Below are positions 28,046 to 37,326 of a stretch of 44,279 nt of DNA, in pieces. A program made the position numbers and the translations under genes. The stretch comes from an uncultured virus (IMG/VR IMGVR_UViG_2822699256_000006). Taxonomy: Duplodnaviria > Heunggongvirae > Uroviricota > Caudoviricetes. Position 1 is the first letter of the stretch. Each line of letters starts with the position of its first letter. Under the pieces are notes generated by a model. It saw nothing but the letters and a program-made list of their open reading frames with translations. It ran no database searches and was not told the DNA's origin. The stretch is taken from the IMG/VR virus record IMGVR_UViG_2822699256_000006; one strand, 5' to 3'.

Positions 28046-31000
28046 CTATACATAACGATTGGTATACTTTTTCAAATGATTTTCTATTTCATCTCTTCTA
28101 TCTTCAGTGTAGGAAAAGTCTACATATGTTTCCGAACCATTCGAAGGAGAAACGTTAACTTGAACATTTCTTAAACCAGAACCTTGTAAAATATTAACGA
28201 TATTTTGTTTCAAAATATTAAATCCTTGGAAATTAGATGCTGCACCTTCTCCAGAAATCGTATTTGAACCATCTTCGTGTAAATCTGGGACATAGCGAGA
28301 TGCCTCTACATTGTCATCCCAGAAATTAAAATCACTTTTATCTATTCCAGCTTCCTCAACGGTTTTCACTTTAATATCATTTAAATCATATTCTGGGCGC
28401 CATCCTTCCCATGTCCAATCTGGAATATCATATTTTTGCATGTAATATTCCAATGGCTTCTGTTCTTCTACTCCATATCCCCAAATTGCTTTATAAATCC
28501 GCTTTTGGTTTTCAGGAATCAGTTTTAGTATTTCTTCTTGTTCTTTTAAATTCGCTTCTGCAAAGTCTGTAAAGAACCACTTATCTTTATAAGGGAATGC
28601 TTTCATAACTTGCATACGATCACCTAAAGGATCAATGCCATATAAAGTCGTATCACGCTCTTCTTTATATTGAAGTGCTTGTAAAAACGCATCCGGTAGG
28701 TACATTTCATTTTTATTTTCCGAAATTGTTTCTAACTCTGCATTTATTTCTTTTCTTCTATCTTCCCATCCTTTTGGTTGTTCTAAATATAGTTGTTTTT
28801 TCTCTTCCTCAAGTTCTTTTCTTTTTTGCTTTGTTAAGTCTTTTTGCTCATTAATTACTTGAACAATATCTTCTACATCATATCCAGTTTGATGAGCTAT
28901 TTCTTCTCTTGCATTTTGATATAATCCTTCATATTTAAGGTATTTTAGTATATCGAAATACTCATTGATATCATTCTCGATACGTCTTCGTTCTGGTATC
29001 CATTTCTCGCCATGCTCTTTTTCATAGTTTTTATAAAACATATTGGAGCCTAAACCAAATAATCCACCTGCAATAGACATAAGTTTAGTTGGTCGGCCAC
29101 CTTTTAAGAATAGGCGTCCAAGCGCAAGGCCTGTTGTAGCACCAGCTGCCATTGACCATAATGGACTATCGAATCTTCCTATACCTTGTAATGTAGGCAC
29201 GATATAATCATTCAGCATAAAATTATCCCATGTCGCCCAATCTTTTCCGTATATTTGGTCACGTTCATACTCTTCTGCAGCTGTGCGCACTTGTAGAAAC
29301 TTAGTGTTTAAAGGAGTACTAGCATGAGCAATATTTTCCCAACGTTCCCCTCGTTTGATTTCTTGAGGTGTAAATCTTGCATGAACTCCTGTTGCTGAAA
29401 AGTCATTTTGATTCTCTACCATTTCACCACGTCTGATAATATCCATATTGATATTACCTATTTCATTAAACACAACAGCTCTCATTGTTCCGTATGTATC
29501 TTTTGAAATTCGCTGAGTAGGATCTTCAGAAATACCTATTTCAACTTTATCACCAACACTGAAGTATTGCTGTAATACACCTGTAGCTTTTTTTCTATAT
29601 TCCATACCAGCCATACGGATTGGCTGATCACCATATTCTTTTGTTAAAAATGTATAATCATCTAAGAATTTTGTCACGGTAACTTCATCTGTGACAATAT
29701 CATTTCCTTTGAATCGATATGGTGTAAATTCAAACTTCTTTTTACGTTTTGAAACCTGTTTTCGTATTTGAGTAGCTTCTTTTCGTAAGTCCTCATCTTC
29801 TAAGTTATCCATAAGATACTGACTCCAAAATTTATACTCATCGGACCACGGGGCAGCATCAGACAGGATTTTAAATTTATCAAAAGCTCCATATCTACCT
29901 GTTTCATCTGAATGCAATTCATTTAAGGATTCATAAGCTTCACCAGGAAGACGATATTCTCCATTTGGAAGTTTGCTATAAGGATCACCCACTTGGAAAT
30001 TAATAAAGTAATCTGAACCGGGCATCCAATCAGGCATTGTATTGCGTATAGGATTATATGTATCTAACTGACCACTATCTCTTCTAATAAAACGACGACC
30101 AATCTCAGATAAACTTCCCCCTAATGAACCTAGCTCTGACTCCCAAAAACGATTAGAGGCATTATAGGCGGTATCAGCCATTTGTATAACTGTTTTCCCT
30201 CCATATGGGTCACGCCCTAGCATTTCATCATTCGCAAGCCACTTATATACACCTAATGGTTCTGACCAGTTTTCTATTGCTTCTTGGGTTAACCAACTAG
30301 CTGATCTTGGATCTTCTATATTCTGCATTTTGCGATACATAATATCCTGCTTATATGCATATTCTTCATCCATCATTGCTCTTGGTTTTGTGCTAACTTG
30401 GACATTATAACTTGGATTTTCACTAGATAAGACAGCTCCTTTCATTTCACTTCCCTGAGGGGCGTCTGTACTAGCGATTTCAAACATCTTACCCATAGGG
30501 ATATTTTCTTTAGCGATATTTGCTGGAACATACATCGCTTGCCCTGTATCTGTATCTTGTGCAACATAAGCTCCTGTAGGACTCCCTTTTCCATCCAACT
30601 CATCACTTACAAAGTATCTAGCAGAATAAGACTCTCCAGTGGCATCTACTGAAGAAGACCCGCCATATTGTTCTGTTGTTGCTAATACGTCATTTTTAAC
30701 TCGTCCTGCTGGCGATACAACAGTACGAATAGGAGAATCAGGTCTACTTCCTAGTTTGCTTGTTTCGTTATCATAGATAAGAGTAGGATTACCCCAATAT
30801 TCCGGGTGCATCTCTTGTGTGGGTTTTACTAACTTGCCTATTGTAGCATTACCAATATCACCAAGAACCATTGTATTAGGGTTGAACAGTTGCCCTGTTA
30901 ACATATAAGGACGGTCATAGTAATGCTTTTTTTCCCACCAATAAGGATCACGATTACCTAATAAGAATGAAAGTCCACCTAATGGATTTTCTAATGTAGG

Positions 31001-34000
31001 AAGCAAACTATTACTCCAATATTCTTCGCCAGTTGCATTTGTATTTGTCCATTCATAATCACTATGTGCTTTACGGAAACTATTTGGAGCAAATTCCATA
31101 ATACGATCCCCACGATATGCAGATTTAGAACCCATAAACCACCATCTAGATTTACGAACTTCTTCTACACCATTATAGATGTCATCTAAGGTTTCATCAT
31201 AATCCATTGTATCTTCTTCACGAATTGATGCTTTCCCTAAGAAAGGTGCAAATACGTTATTTACAACATCACCTAATCCAATCGGACCAACACCAGGAAG
31301 ATGCATACTTGGCATAGCTGCCCAATGGTCTATACCGGGCTTTAGCATTCTTTCACGCTTGATATTATAAATATCTTCCGGCGTTCTTGTTGCTGCTCTA
31401 TCTAAACGATCATTCGCCTTATAATTTTCCCATCGTTCATCAAGTCCTTCACCAGTCCATTGGTCTGTTTTCCAATCTGCATATTTTACTGCTTCTACTC
31501 CAGCGTATATAGGGAAGATACGCTTCCACATCAAATTATTAAATATTTGAAAAGCACTACCCATAGATTTATCTGAAAATCCTAATCCTGCATTTCCAAG
31601 TGAATCTTGTAAACGGAACATTGGATAATAAGTACCAAATAAACCAAAAGTCGTTACGTCCTCCATATTATTACGACCAGTAAATGGACTGATTTGTGTC
31701 CAAATATCTCCCACTGATTGAGCTCTTTCTTTAATGCTTGAATTTAGGCCAAAGATTGTACTCAAATGGTTGGCCATTCCAGATTTATTTATTGCAACGT
31801 GTTCATCTTCTACTTGGTTAATTGGGCGTGTTGCTGAATACCGCTCCCACACTGGATTTGTTTTGCGATACATCTCACGCATACTATCTTGAAAATCTTT
31901 ATTTTCTTGAAACAAACGACTTGTACGATTTAGTACAGCATTAGTATTCTTTTGCACGTCAAACATTTGAGAACGGAATATACTATAATTCAATAAAAAC
32001 TCTGCATTCTGTAAATCATCTTTAAGTATTTTACCGTTGTCGTATAACCCTTTTAATTCACCTCGAAAATCCTCTGCTAAATTAGTATATGGCTTCATTT
32101 CAGGGCGTCTCATTAATCTTTCTCTCATAAGATACATGCTGGTTTGTTGATGAATAACATCATAACCTGTTTGTAACTGTGTATGATGACCTAGTATAGG
32201 GTTACTCTCCCCGATAGGTGTCTTTTTATTGAGAACCTTATCTGGATTTCTTTCAAATTGCTTATATAAATTAACGAACTCTGTGTGAGCTGTTGTGCTA
32301 CTATTTACTTCTTTTTCTCCTATATGACGAAACAGCTTTATGATATCATCCTCTTCTGAGAAATTAATGTTTTTATCCTTTATAAATTCTCTAATATCTG
32401 AAGGTAAGTCATCTTTCAGCTGATTTAAGACCCTTGGATTGAAGCCTTTTGTATTTAATTTAAAGTACTTATTCATTTGATATAAAGATGAAGCATCCTC
32501 AAATCCATCTGTAAAAAGATTCTTAATTCGATTTCGATCCCAATCTTTGTTCAAAAACTTAGTAAACACACTAAATCCTTGGTTATAAAATGAATCTGTA
32601 TCTTGTCTTCCAATATCAAAAAAACTAGCAATAGGATTTCTAGGAGTTTCGTTATCCGTCATAATACCAGAAATATGTCTTTGCATTTTTCCTAATGTAC
32701 CAAATTGAGAAGATGTGAGATACATATCCCGTTTCGGGTTTAAAATATTTAGTGCTGTATTATTATTAATAGCGTCATAATCATATAGACTTACAAATTT
32801 ACCATTTACATAGACAACCTCTTGATTCAAGGCTTCTGTTGACTCTATCCCTCTATGTCCATTTAAACTAGACTGAATACTTCCACGTTGAAATATCTTA
32901 AAGCTTGCTTGTTCTCTAGCTGTCTTTATATTCATTATATCTCTTAGATGAGCTAGTCCACCCGGTAATGTATTAGCCCACCACTCTGCCTGATTACGTT
33001 TCATATTACTAAAAACTTTATAATCCATTAAACTTTCTACTTCACCGTTTTTTGTAACAAGATATAAATTTTCATCAAAAACAGTCTCTTTAAAACTCTT
33101 ATTATATTGAAGTACATCATCGATTTGAGCCTTTAAACCTGCATTCATTTTGATTTTCCCAGCATCATGTAGGCCAAGTACATCTCCGACTGTAGCCTGT
33201 TTATGACCAATAACTGCACGTTTAAGGATATTATCTTTCTTTGTAATGTCTTGCATTTGTTGAGCAGTAAATTCACGGAGCTTTTGTTGCATTCCTTCTA
33301 CAAGTCTTTTAGCATCTGTATTGGTTTGGATGAAATCATGGCGCTGATATCTTTCTCTGGTTTGCTTTAATACACTCCATACTTCTGAATGATCTACACC
33401 TTTTCCGTGATTTTTTAATAATAATTTTAGTTGCTCATCTGACCCGAAATCCAGCACTCCTAACTTTCCTTTAGACAACGCTTTGTCTAACTCATCCATT
33501 AAAGACTGGTTCCCTTTAAATGACTGATGCTTTCTCATGTCATCCATAACTGCTGCAAAACGAAATCCTTCCTGTATATGAAATGGAACTTCACCTTTAT
33601 AATTACCAGGGCCATCTATACGACCAATCAAATTATCTTTATGCCGTAAGTAGCGTTCTATATCCATTTCACGGCTATTAATAACGTCAGCCTGCTTCTT
33701 TTTTTGCTCACCTAAAATTTCTTTTCTTCTCTTAACAAAGTTATTTTTCAATACCTTCATTCGATCAACAGTTAATTTATCTTCACCTACAACTAATCTT
33801 CCTTGGTTATCTAATGTTTCTTTTGCAGCACGGTAAACCGCTTTTCCTTCAGTATTAAGAAATTGACTTATTTTACGAAACGCACCAGTTCTATGCCCCA
33901 CTGATAATGCACCCAATGTTGCAGCGACACCTATTCCAAGCTTTCCGATAAAAGGCATTTCATCTCTTTCTTCAGGCTTCTTATAGAATCGTTCTGTCTC

Positions 34001-34042
34001 TCGTGGTTTGTTTTTATATTCTTCAAAGCGTAACTCTTGCAT
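28046..34042 (-). CDS. Giant tail/ejection protein (tape-measure-like position) with hydrophobic segments and a degenerate SNase-like domain
   Basis: Follows the tail chaperones. Gly/Ala hydrophobic stretches near both ends; VTKFLDDYT/IRMAG/DTYG/NINMDIIRRG SNase-like pattern. Start moved from TTG 34075 to ATG 34042 (AAGGAAGAG upstream). Confidence 0.6.
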   Translation of the reverse strand: MQELRFEEYKNKPRETERFYKKPEERDEMPFIGKLGIGVAATLGALSVGHRTGAFRKISQFLNTEGKAVYRAAKETLDNQGRLVVGEDKLTVDRMKVLKNNFVKRRKEILGEQKKKQADVINSREMDIERYLRHKDNLIGRIDGPGNYKGEVPFHIQEGFRFAAVMDDMRKHQSFKGNQSLMDELDKALSKGKLGVLDFGSDEQLKLLLKNHGKGVDHSEVWSVLKQTRERYQRHDFIQTNTDAKRLVEGMQQKLREFTAQQMQDITKKDNILKRAVIGHKQATVGDVLGLHDAGKIKMNAGLKAQIDDVLQYNKSFKETVFDENLYLVTKNGEVESLMDYKVFSNMKRNQAEWWANTLPGGLAHLRDIMNIKTAREQASFKIFQRGSIQSSLNGHRGIESTEALNQEVVYVNGKFVSLYDYDAINNNTALNILNPKRDMYLTSSQFGTLGKMQRHISGIMTDNETPRNPIASFFDIGRQDTDSFYNQGFSVFTKFLNKDWDRNRIKNLFTDGFEDASSLYQMNKYFKLNTKGFNPRVLNQLKDDLPSDIREFIKDKNINFSEEDDIIKLFRHIGEKEVNSSTTAHTEFVNLYKQFERNPDKVLNKKTPIGESNPILGHHTQLQTGYDVIHQQTSMYLMRERLMRRPEMKPYTNLAEDFRGELKGLYDNGKILKDDLQNAEFLLNYSIFRSQMFDVQKNTNAVLNRTSRLFQENKDFQDSMREMYRKTNPVWERYSATRPINQVEDEHVAINKSGMANHLSTIFGLNSSIKERAQSVGDIWTQISPFTGRNNMEDVTTFGLFGTYYPMFRLQDSLGNAGLGFSDKSMGSAFQIFNNLMWKRIFPIYAGVEAVKYADWKTDQWTGEGLDERWENYKANDRLDRAATRTPEDIYNIKRERMLKPGIDHWAAMPSMHLPGVGPIGLGDVVNNVFAPFLGKASIREEDTMDYDETLDDIYNGVEEVRKSRWWFMGSKSAYRGDRIMEFAPNSFRKAHSDYEWTNTNATGEEYWSNSLLPTLENPLGGLSFLLGNRDPYWWEKKHYYDRPYMLTGQLFNPNTMVLGDIGNATIGKLVKPTQEMHPEYWGNPTLIYDNETSKLGSRPDSPIRTVVSPAGRVKNDVLATTEQYGGSSSVDATGESYSARYFVSDELDGKGSPTGAYVAQDTDTGQAMYVPANIAKENIPMGKMFEIASTDAPQGSEMKGAVLSSENPSYNVQVSTKPRAMMDEEYAYKQDIMYRKMQNIEDPRSASWLTQEAIENWSEPLGVYKWLANDEMLGRDPYGGKTVIQMADTAYNASNRFWESELGSLGGSLSEIGRRFIRRDSGQLDTYNPIRNTMPDWMPGSDYFINFQVGDPYSKLPNGEYRLPGEAYESLNELHSDETGRYGAFDKFKILSDAAPWSDEYKFWSQYLMDNLEDEDLRKEATQIRKQVSKRKKKFEFTPYRFKGNDIVTDEVTVTKFLDDYTFLTKEYGDQPIRMAGMEYRKKATGVLQQYFSVGDKVEIGISEDPTQRISKDTYGTMRAVVFNEIGNINMDIIRRGEMVENQNDFSATGVHARFTPQEIKRGERWENIAHASTPLNTKFLQVRTAAEEYERDQIYGKDWATWDNFMLNDYIVPTLQGIGRFDSPLWSMAAGATTGLALGRLFLKGGRPTKLMSIAGGLFGLGSNMFYKNYEKEHGEKWIPERRRIENDINEYFDILKYLKYEGLYQNAREEIAHQTGYDVEDIVQVINEQKDLTKQKRKELEEEKKQLYLEQPKGWEDRRKEINAELETISENKNEMYLPDAFLQALQYKEERDTTLYGIDPLGDRMQVMKAFPYKDKWFFTDFAEANLKEQEEILKLIPENQKRIYKAIWGYGVEEQKPLEYYMQKYDIPDWTWEGWRPEYDLNDIKVKTVEEAGIDKSDFNFWDDNVEASRYVPDLHEDGSNTISGEGAASNFQGFNILKQNIVNILQGSGLRNVQVNVSPSNGSETYVDFSYTEDRRDEIENHLKKYTNRYV

Positions 34043-34089
34043 GAATATCAAACTCTCTTCCTTCAAGGATTTCAAACGTTCTTATAAAA

Positions 34090-34118
34090 AGTATAGCTAG
34101 ACATTCACATAATTTAAA
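34090..34118 (-). promoter_or_regulatory. Candidate sigma-A-like promoter upstream of the giant-gene block
   Basis: Minus strand TTTAAA-17 nt-TATACT in the intergenic gap. Confidence 0.3.
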
Positions 34119-34120
34119 CA

Positions 34121-34897
34121 TTAATCAAACTCCCCTTTTAGTTCATCTTGATGCTTAAACCATCCTAATTCAGGATGCACCTCTTCAAAATTAGTTGCTG
34201 GGGTTGTGACCTTTGCACCTGATTCAGCAAGCATAGCTAATACTGCTGCTTCGCTATTCATATCTGCCTCTGATAATGTTTTTTTACTATTTTGTGGAGG
34301 AGTCTGTTGATGTGTGGATTGATTCTCATACTGTGCATTTTGTTGTGGCATCTCTCTTTGCATCTGTTGATTATATTGCCCCTGCTGTTGTTGTGCATCA
34401 TTCATCATTGTTTCATCAATTGACTCAATTCGAACCCCTTTTAAATTTTGTAGTATCCACTCAGCTCTAGATAAATAGTACATTGTTTTTCTCACTGGCC
34501 AAGATGCAATTACTTCTATTGGATATTCAGGAAATGCTTCATGAATCATACAATCTACTTGATAATCGTAATTCAGCATTTCTTCCCTATATTGGTCTAA
34601 TAGCTCTTTTGCTTGCTGTAAATGCAATCCTGAAACATCTAATATGCCATCTGATAATATTTCAGCGATTCCAGCAACTCCAACTGAATAATCGTAATCG
34701 TAAGGATAGATAACTACCTGCGAGCAGATAACTTCTTGAAATTCACCTAAATCTAAATCTAAAAGTACTATCTCTTTATATTCTTCCCTTCCAAGTGCCC
34801 GGAAAATATAAGTTTGCTCCAAAATATCTAGTTGATAAATATCACCAAATTGTTGCTTCCATTCGATTAAATTATTTATTGTTAACTCTTCATTCAT
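34121..34897 (-). CDS. Tail assembly chaperone paralogue (long form)
   Basis: WKQQFGDIY...YIFRALGREEYKEI paralogous to the upstream 160-aa gene; lies between the tube genes and the giant genes; Gln-rich tail. Confidence 0.65.
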   Translation of the reverse strand: MNEELTINNLIEWKQQFGDIYQLDILEQTYIFRALGREEYKEIVLLDLDLGEFQEVICSQVVIYPYDYDYSVGVAGIAEILSDGILDVSGLHLQQAKELLDQYREEMLNYDYQVDCMIHEAFPEYPIEVIASWPVRKTMYYLSRAEWILQNLKGVRIESIDETMMNDAQQQQGQYNQQMQREMPQQNAQYENQSTHQQTPPQNSKKTLSEADMNSEAAVLAMLAESGAKVTTPATNFEEVHPELGWFKHQDELKGEFD

Positions 34898-34919
34898 TCT
34901 AAGTATTCACCCTCTTATA

Positions 34920-34950
34920 ACAAAGATAGCAGAACATAGTGTCCTGCTAT
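34920..34950 (-). terminator. Hairpin/weak intrinsic terminator between the two chaperone genes
   Basis: Minus strand ATAGCAGGACA-CTA-TGTTCTGCTAT followed by CTTTGTT. Confidence 0.6.
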
Positions 34951-34953
34951 AAC

Positions 34954-35436
34954 TTAAAGCTTTATTGGTGCACTTTGTGCAACGAATCCTGATTTATCCA
35001 TAATCATTTCAGATAATAGACTTGGAATCCCTGCTCTGCTTTTTAACATCTTTTCAATAGTAAAGTTTCTTGGGAATAAAACGCATTTCTCTGTAAACAT
35101 TTCTTCACGATCAAGGGCTGTTAATGTCTGATCTCTAATAATTTCTCGATACTCAGGGCGTGATAATGTTCTCCATACAAATGGTTCACCTTCAAATGGA
35201 GTAAAGTAAATACCACCATATCGCTCTTTCCATTCCTCTACTTCCATGCGAGTAGGACCATTTTTAACAACTGGCGCATGCCATTCCTCTTCAGAGTATT
35301 CAGTTCCATCTACACCAGTAAAAACAGGCTGCGGCTTATTTTCAATATGTTCTTCATTTATTTCATGTTTTTCAACTATATCTGCTTGTTTATTAGCATC
35401 TTCCTGTATTGTATTCTCTTTTTTGGCTTTTTCCAT
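34954..35436 (-). CDS. Tail assembly chaperone (short form)
   Basis: EEWKERYGGIY...FVWRTLSRPEYREI...CVLFP...SGF; canonical position after the tube genes. Confidence 0.7.
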   Translation of the reverse strand: MEKAKKENTIQEDANKQADIVEKHEINEEHIENKPQPVFTGVDGTEYSEEEWHAPVVKNGPTRMEVEEWKERYGGIYFTPFEGEPFVWRTLSRPEYREIIRDQTLTALDREEMFTEKCVLFPRNFTIEKMLKSRAGIPSLLSEMIMDKSGFVAQSAPIKL

Positions 35437-35505
35437 CTTTATTCCTCCTAGTGTAATGCATTACATTATAATTATAATATCTTTATCCAAGTAAAAAAAG
35501 CTGTT

Positions 35506-36375
35506 TTATTCAATTGTTCCATATTGCATTGGACGATATATAGTTTCAATAGATTGCTCTTTATTTTCATTATTACTTCCCTGAGACATGCTCGCTAATG
35601 ATCTACCGTTTAAATCTCTAGCAATAAATGAATATTGCTCTTGTATTGGCGCCCCTTGGTCAGCTGTTGAAATAGATTTAGACATGCCTGAAAGCTGTGC
35701 GCCATTAATCACATCCACTGTCATGCTAGGCTTATTAAATCTTTTAGACTCGTACATTTGATTACTTATGTATCCGCTCGATTCTGATATTGCTCCATAC
35801 TGAACTCTTATATCAAACCCGAATTGTGAATTATAAAAATAAGGAGCATCATCATAACTCATATAATGACCATTATCCTTTTGGGCACCCCATATAGCAT
35901 TTTCATATTCATCAGCAATTTGATCAAAAGAACTTTTACCTAGTCGTGTTAAAATCTCTTCTAATTTAAGATTTTGATAGTACTGCGGCTTAATTTTCCC
36001 TTCTTTTTCTCCATTCGAAACAGCATGAAAAATAGCATTAGCATTCTGAACAACTTGCTGCAAGTAACCAACAGAAGTAAAGTTTATTGAAAAAGCTCCT
36101 TGTATTAATCGCTTTCCTCTTGCTACTGCATCCATTGTATAAGAATGGTATCCGTATATAGGTAAAACTTCTTCAGATAATTGAAAAGCGATACTTGTAA
36201 TGTCATCCACCCATATGTCACCAAAATATAACTTTACATCAGCATTGGAAAAATATTCAGAGTTAAATATTTGATATTCGACCCTTGTATCTTGGCGAGC
36301 ATACATATCTTGTCGGGGTGTTAATGTACTTTGTAGTGACTGTCTGTTCCCGTAATATCCTTTATTTGTTACCAT
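35506..36375 (-). CDS. Tail tube-fold paralogue 3
   Basis: YFSNADV...PIYGY...RGKRLIQGAFSINF...YSFIARD. Start moved to ATG 36375 (AGGAGTG RBS). Confidence 0.65.
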   Translation of the reverse strand: MVTNKGYYGNRQSLQSTLTPRQDMYARQDTRVEYQIFNSEYFSNADVKLYFGDIWVDDITSIAFQLSEEVLPIYGYHSYTMDAVARGKRLIQGAFSINFTSVGYLQQVVQNANAIFHAVSNGEKEGKIKPQYYQNLKLEEILTRLGKSSFDQIADEYENAIWGAQKDNGHYMSYDDAPYFYNSQFGFDIRVQYGAISESSGYISNQMYESKRFNKPSMTVDVINGAQLSGMSKSISTADQGAPIQEQYSFIARDLNGRSLASMSQGSNNENKEQSIETIYRPMQYGTIE

Positions 36376-36386
36376 ATTTAACACTC

Positions 36387-37271
36387 CTATAAAGACTGTA
36401 ATTTTATTGAACTAGCTAAATTTGTACGTTGCATTGGGTCGATATCTAATGCATAAAACTCATATACGTTCTGAGTGAAAATGTCATCAATACTCAAGAC
36501 CATTCCTTCTGTATATGTACTAACACCATATAAACTCATAGAAGATTGCGCACCAAATTCGTTGGCCATTGATAAAGTAATATCAAACAAAGGCATTTCA
36601 TCCATCAACATTCTATAACCAGCTTCTTTTATTTCTCTCATGCATCTATAAACGATACTTTCATCAAATACAGTAAAACCTAGCACTCCGGAAATTGTTC
36701 GCATTCCTCTTGTAAATCCCTTCATACTTACACGTCCTAATGCACGAACAGGATATTTCTCTCTAAATATTGAGTATGATAAACTAGATAATTCACCAAA
36801 AACAACAGGACCTCTTCCAGGTACATTAATACTACAAACCATATCTGCGCCAGTATATGAATTAAAATTCTTTTGATAAGCATCTGGAGCGCTCTTTGCA
36901 GGGATATTCGGAATGTCTTTCTTTTTTCTTCTTTCTCTATCATCTAATTCTTTTGTAAGCATTTGATTTTTTCTAATATCTTGAATGGTGGACTCTATGA
37001 GCCGTATAGCCATTTCTTGCTCATTTCCTTTAAGTAGCTTCATAGCAAGTGAAATAAAGTTCCTCAACACTAGTAATGCACTTTCTGAATCTAATCTTTG
37101 ATTAATTTCAGTTGAAGCTATCCTTACAAACAGAATAGGATCTTTAAATTGTACACCTGTGCTTCCCATCCATTGAATCAAGTCATACGCACCATTTGGA
37201 GAAGCCGACATTACTTTTGGATTCCTAATATACGGTATTAAGTTCTTAATTAATAAATTAATAGATTCCAT
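36387..37271 (-). CDS. Tail tube-fold paralogue 2 with extra N-terminal helical region
   Basis: SYTGADM...FGELSSLSYSIFREK.PV...FTRGMRTISG.L.F..FD...LFDITLSMANEFG. Confidence 0.65.
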   Translation of the reverse strand: MESINLLIKNLIPYIRNPKVMSASPNGAYDLIQWMGSTGVQFKDPILFVRIASTEINQRLDSESALLVLRNFISLAMKLLKGNEQEMAIRLIESTIQDIRKNQMLTKELDDRERRKKKDIPNIPAKSAPDAYQKNFNSYTGADMVCSINVPGRGPVVFGELSSLSYSIFREKYPVRALGRVSMKGFTRGMRTISGVLGFTVFDESIVYRCMREIKEAGYRMLMDEMPLFDITLSMANEFGAQSSMSLYGVSTYTEGMVLSIDDIFTQNVYEFYALDIDPMQRTNLASSIKLQSL

Positions 37272-37290
37272 ATGTTTCTCCTTTTTATTC

Positions 37291-37321
37291 TAAAATAGGA
37301 CAGCAATTCTGCTGTCCTATT
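37291..37321 (-). terminator. Intrinsic terminator after the major tube gene
   Basis: Perfect 12-bp inverted repeat AATAGGACAGCA-GAAT-TGCTGTCCTATT running into TTTT on the minus strand, just after the stop codon. Confidence 0.75.
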
Positions 37322-37326
37322 ACTTA

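Noticed and set aside
34898..34960. Programmed frameshift joining the two chaperone ORFs
   Set aside because: No clear slippery heptamer seen at the end of the first gene; the second has its own RBS (GAGGGTG) and a full duplicate domain.
260..36943. Short alternate-frame minus-strand ORFs (260-520, 5809-6003, 7044-7271, 8705-8902, 36737-36943)
   Set aside because: Fully nested in well-supported genes, with no recognisable motifs.
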